Shown: positions 62,031 through 64,000 of the stretch, in pieces
Layout: the number at the start of each line of letters is the position of its first letter
Numbering within the stretch: the stretch's first letter is position 1
NCBI GenBank assembly: GCA_002104945.1
Contig: MCFH01000003.1
Location: 930,001-994,000 of the forward strand
Direction of reading: 5' to 3'
From: Piromyces finnis finn
Taxonomy: Eukaryota > Fungi > Neocallimastigomycota
DNA: 64,000 nt
Notes under the pieces: generated by a model
What the model saw: the letters and a program-made list of their open reading frames with translations, nothing else
What the model was told of the DNA's origin: nothing
Databases searched by the model: none
Translations under genes and position numbers: made by a program

Positions 62031-63168
62031 TTATTAATTTCTGAAAAATACTGTATTAACTGAATATTGTGTTTAGTTTAATTAATAGTTCACCTTTGTA
62101 TACAAGTAGTAATAGTAATTGTAAAAAAAAAGAATAAAATAATTAGAAATAGCCAAGTTGAATAGTTTGAACAATTGTAATATTAAATATTGGTTGATTA
62201 TTTGTTGTTTCTTAAATGATAATATGAGTGATAGATATAGAATGTTAAACAACTGTAGTGATAGAATAGCTAGAGCCAGTGACGCAGGCCTCTGAAACAA
62301 GTTCCATGGATATTGAGGATGAAACTGGTCAAAGCTTTAACACCAGAGGAAAACTCATCCCAAAACTTTAAATATAACTTAGAAGAGTGCCGACGTAGCC
62401 AACAGTCGACTTGCAAAGTTAATATTGAGCCAATTCAAGAACGTCATGGACTACTTGAAAAGATGGCTAGAGACTCATCCTTCAATGCTGAAGCGAAGAT
62501 CCATTTCTTTATGAAAGTCAAGGAAAATGTTAATTTCCTTTAACCAAAAATTGGAAAGTTAAATGGGTTAATGCCGTTTTATTATACAGAATAGAAATAT
62601 TAAAACATAATCAATAAAGTTATAAAGACAATATAATTTAAAATTAAATTACTTTCGCATAAAAATAACCCGTATCACTTATATATAGTAATGTGATTCA
62701 TAATAAAATAATTTTATCATAAATGTGGTTAATGTATTAATTTTAAAAGTTGAACCACAATTACAAAATTTGACGGCACACTAATTTTATTAAATTTTAA
62801 ATTTATGTGATTAAGTAAATATTAATAAAAATAATTAAGGTTAAGTATCTAATATTTAATACTCTTTATATATTTATGTGTAATATAAATTAAATATTAA
62901 TAAAAATAATTAAGGTTAAGTATCTAATATTTAATACTCTTTATATATTTATGTGTAATATAAATTTAATAAGAGTATTAAATATTAGATACTTAACCTT
63001 ATTACACATAAATATATAAAGAGTAAAATATATTATACATATTTTTTAAACTCTAAATATATCATTCTTTATTTTTGTGAGGATTTATTTTATAAAATAT
63101 CTTAAATATTCATAAGCTTATATAATTTATTACAATATTTATCTAAACTAAGTATTTAACAAAATTAA

Positions 63169-63223
63169 TACTTAATGACGGAAATTAAACAATCATCCTT
63201 CATTTTGCAATACCAAAATAAAT
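63169..63223 (-). pseudogene. Decayed tRNA-Thr
   Basis: ACTTAATGACGGAAATTAAAC... aligns with TGCCTATTGACGGAATTGAAC... of locus 2, with substitutions and a deletion. Confidence 0.6.
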
Positions 63224-63231
63224 ATTAATTA

Positions 63232-63302
63232 TGCGTTAACCGGGAATCGAACCCGGGCCATTTGCTTGGAAGGCAAATATTCTACCTCTATACTATTAAC
63301 GC
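63232..63302 (-). tRNA. tRNA-Gly(TCC), third copy
   Basis: Matches the other two copies. Confidence 0.95.
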
Positions 63303-63349
63303 TATAATTATTACACTTGATAAATAATTAAATTTATAAATTATGAATT

Positions 63350-63351
<2 letters not shown>

Positions 63352-63392
<41 letters not shown>
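63352..63392. repeat. (AAT)n microsatellite
   Basis: About 13 consecutive AAT units. Confidence 0.9.
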
Positions 63393-63466
63393 TTAAAACA
63401 CAGATAGTTAAAAATTAAAATAATTAACTTGTATAAAATTATTAAATTAAAAATTATAAATGTAAA

Positions 63467-63497
<31 letters not shown>

Positions 63498-64000
63498 TAA
63501 ATTAAATAGTTTATATTTGTTTATAATTATACTTTAAAATAATAATTTTGTATAAATAGTGATAGAATCATTTTATTTTAAAATTGTTCCTAATAATCCA
63601 GTAAAATTAGATAATAATATTAAATTTTATTAAAATAATAGTTGTGATTATATTTACATACATTCAAGATGTATTAAACCATAACATATATATATTTAAT
63701 AATACAAGAGTTATTAAATATTAAAACTTTATAATTAAATAAAATAATTTTATATTTTAAACTAACAAAGACTTGCAAATGAACAAGTATAAAAATCATT
63801 CATTCTATTTTTATTTTCTTATTTATTTTTATTTATTAAATTTTAGATACAAATATTATCACTTTCTATATTCATTTATAGAATTAAGATAATATTTTCT
63901 ATTGTATCACATTTGATACGTGACGAACAGAAAATACTACTTTTGGTAGAAATTCCAGGTTAATTGTCATGAATATTAGTGGATTCATGATTGTTTATTT

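Noticed and set aside
62260-62545. GC-richer patch with a 76-aa ORF
   Set aside because: No recognisable domain and other frames have stops; probably a transposon relic that I cannot assign.

Overview
This is a very AT-rich eukaryotic window made almost entirely of LTR retrotransposons, their solo LTRs and tRNA genes; I see no host protein-coding gene. The composition suggests an anaerobic gut fungus (Neocallimastigomycota), which is an inference. The main pattern is apparent tRNA-gene-targeted integration. A tRNA-Gly(TCC)-tRNA-Thr(TGT) pair with an 8-nt spacer occurs at 11841-11991 (+) and 19934-20084 (-), and a third copy with decayed Thr lies at about 63169-63302 (-). An intact Ty3/Gypsy element (3954-11826, TSD GAAT) ends 14 bp upstream of the first tRNA-Gly. 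At the second copy, different solo LTRs are stacked at the same ATTC site, and four more related LTRs are stacked about 50 bp further out, separated by identical AAATT spacers, making roughly 8 kb of LTRs (20099-27951). Two divergent Gypsy families share a U_UUA_AAU -1 frameshift site with a predicted H-type pseudoknot, a D-S-C protease motif and an identical 18-nt tRNA-Ala PBS. A GC-rich leader motif with covarying hairpins recurs across families. The rest is a 5897-bp tandem duplication of a disrupted Gypsy copy, chromovirus-like and Copia remnants, and fold-back repeats. All alignments and folds were done by eye, with no database searches.
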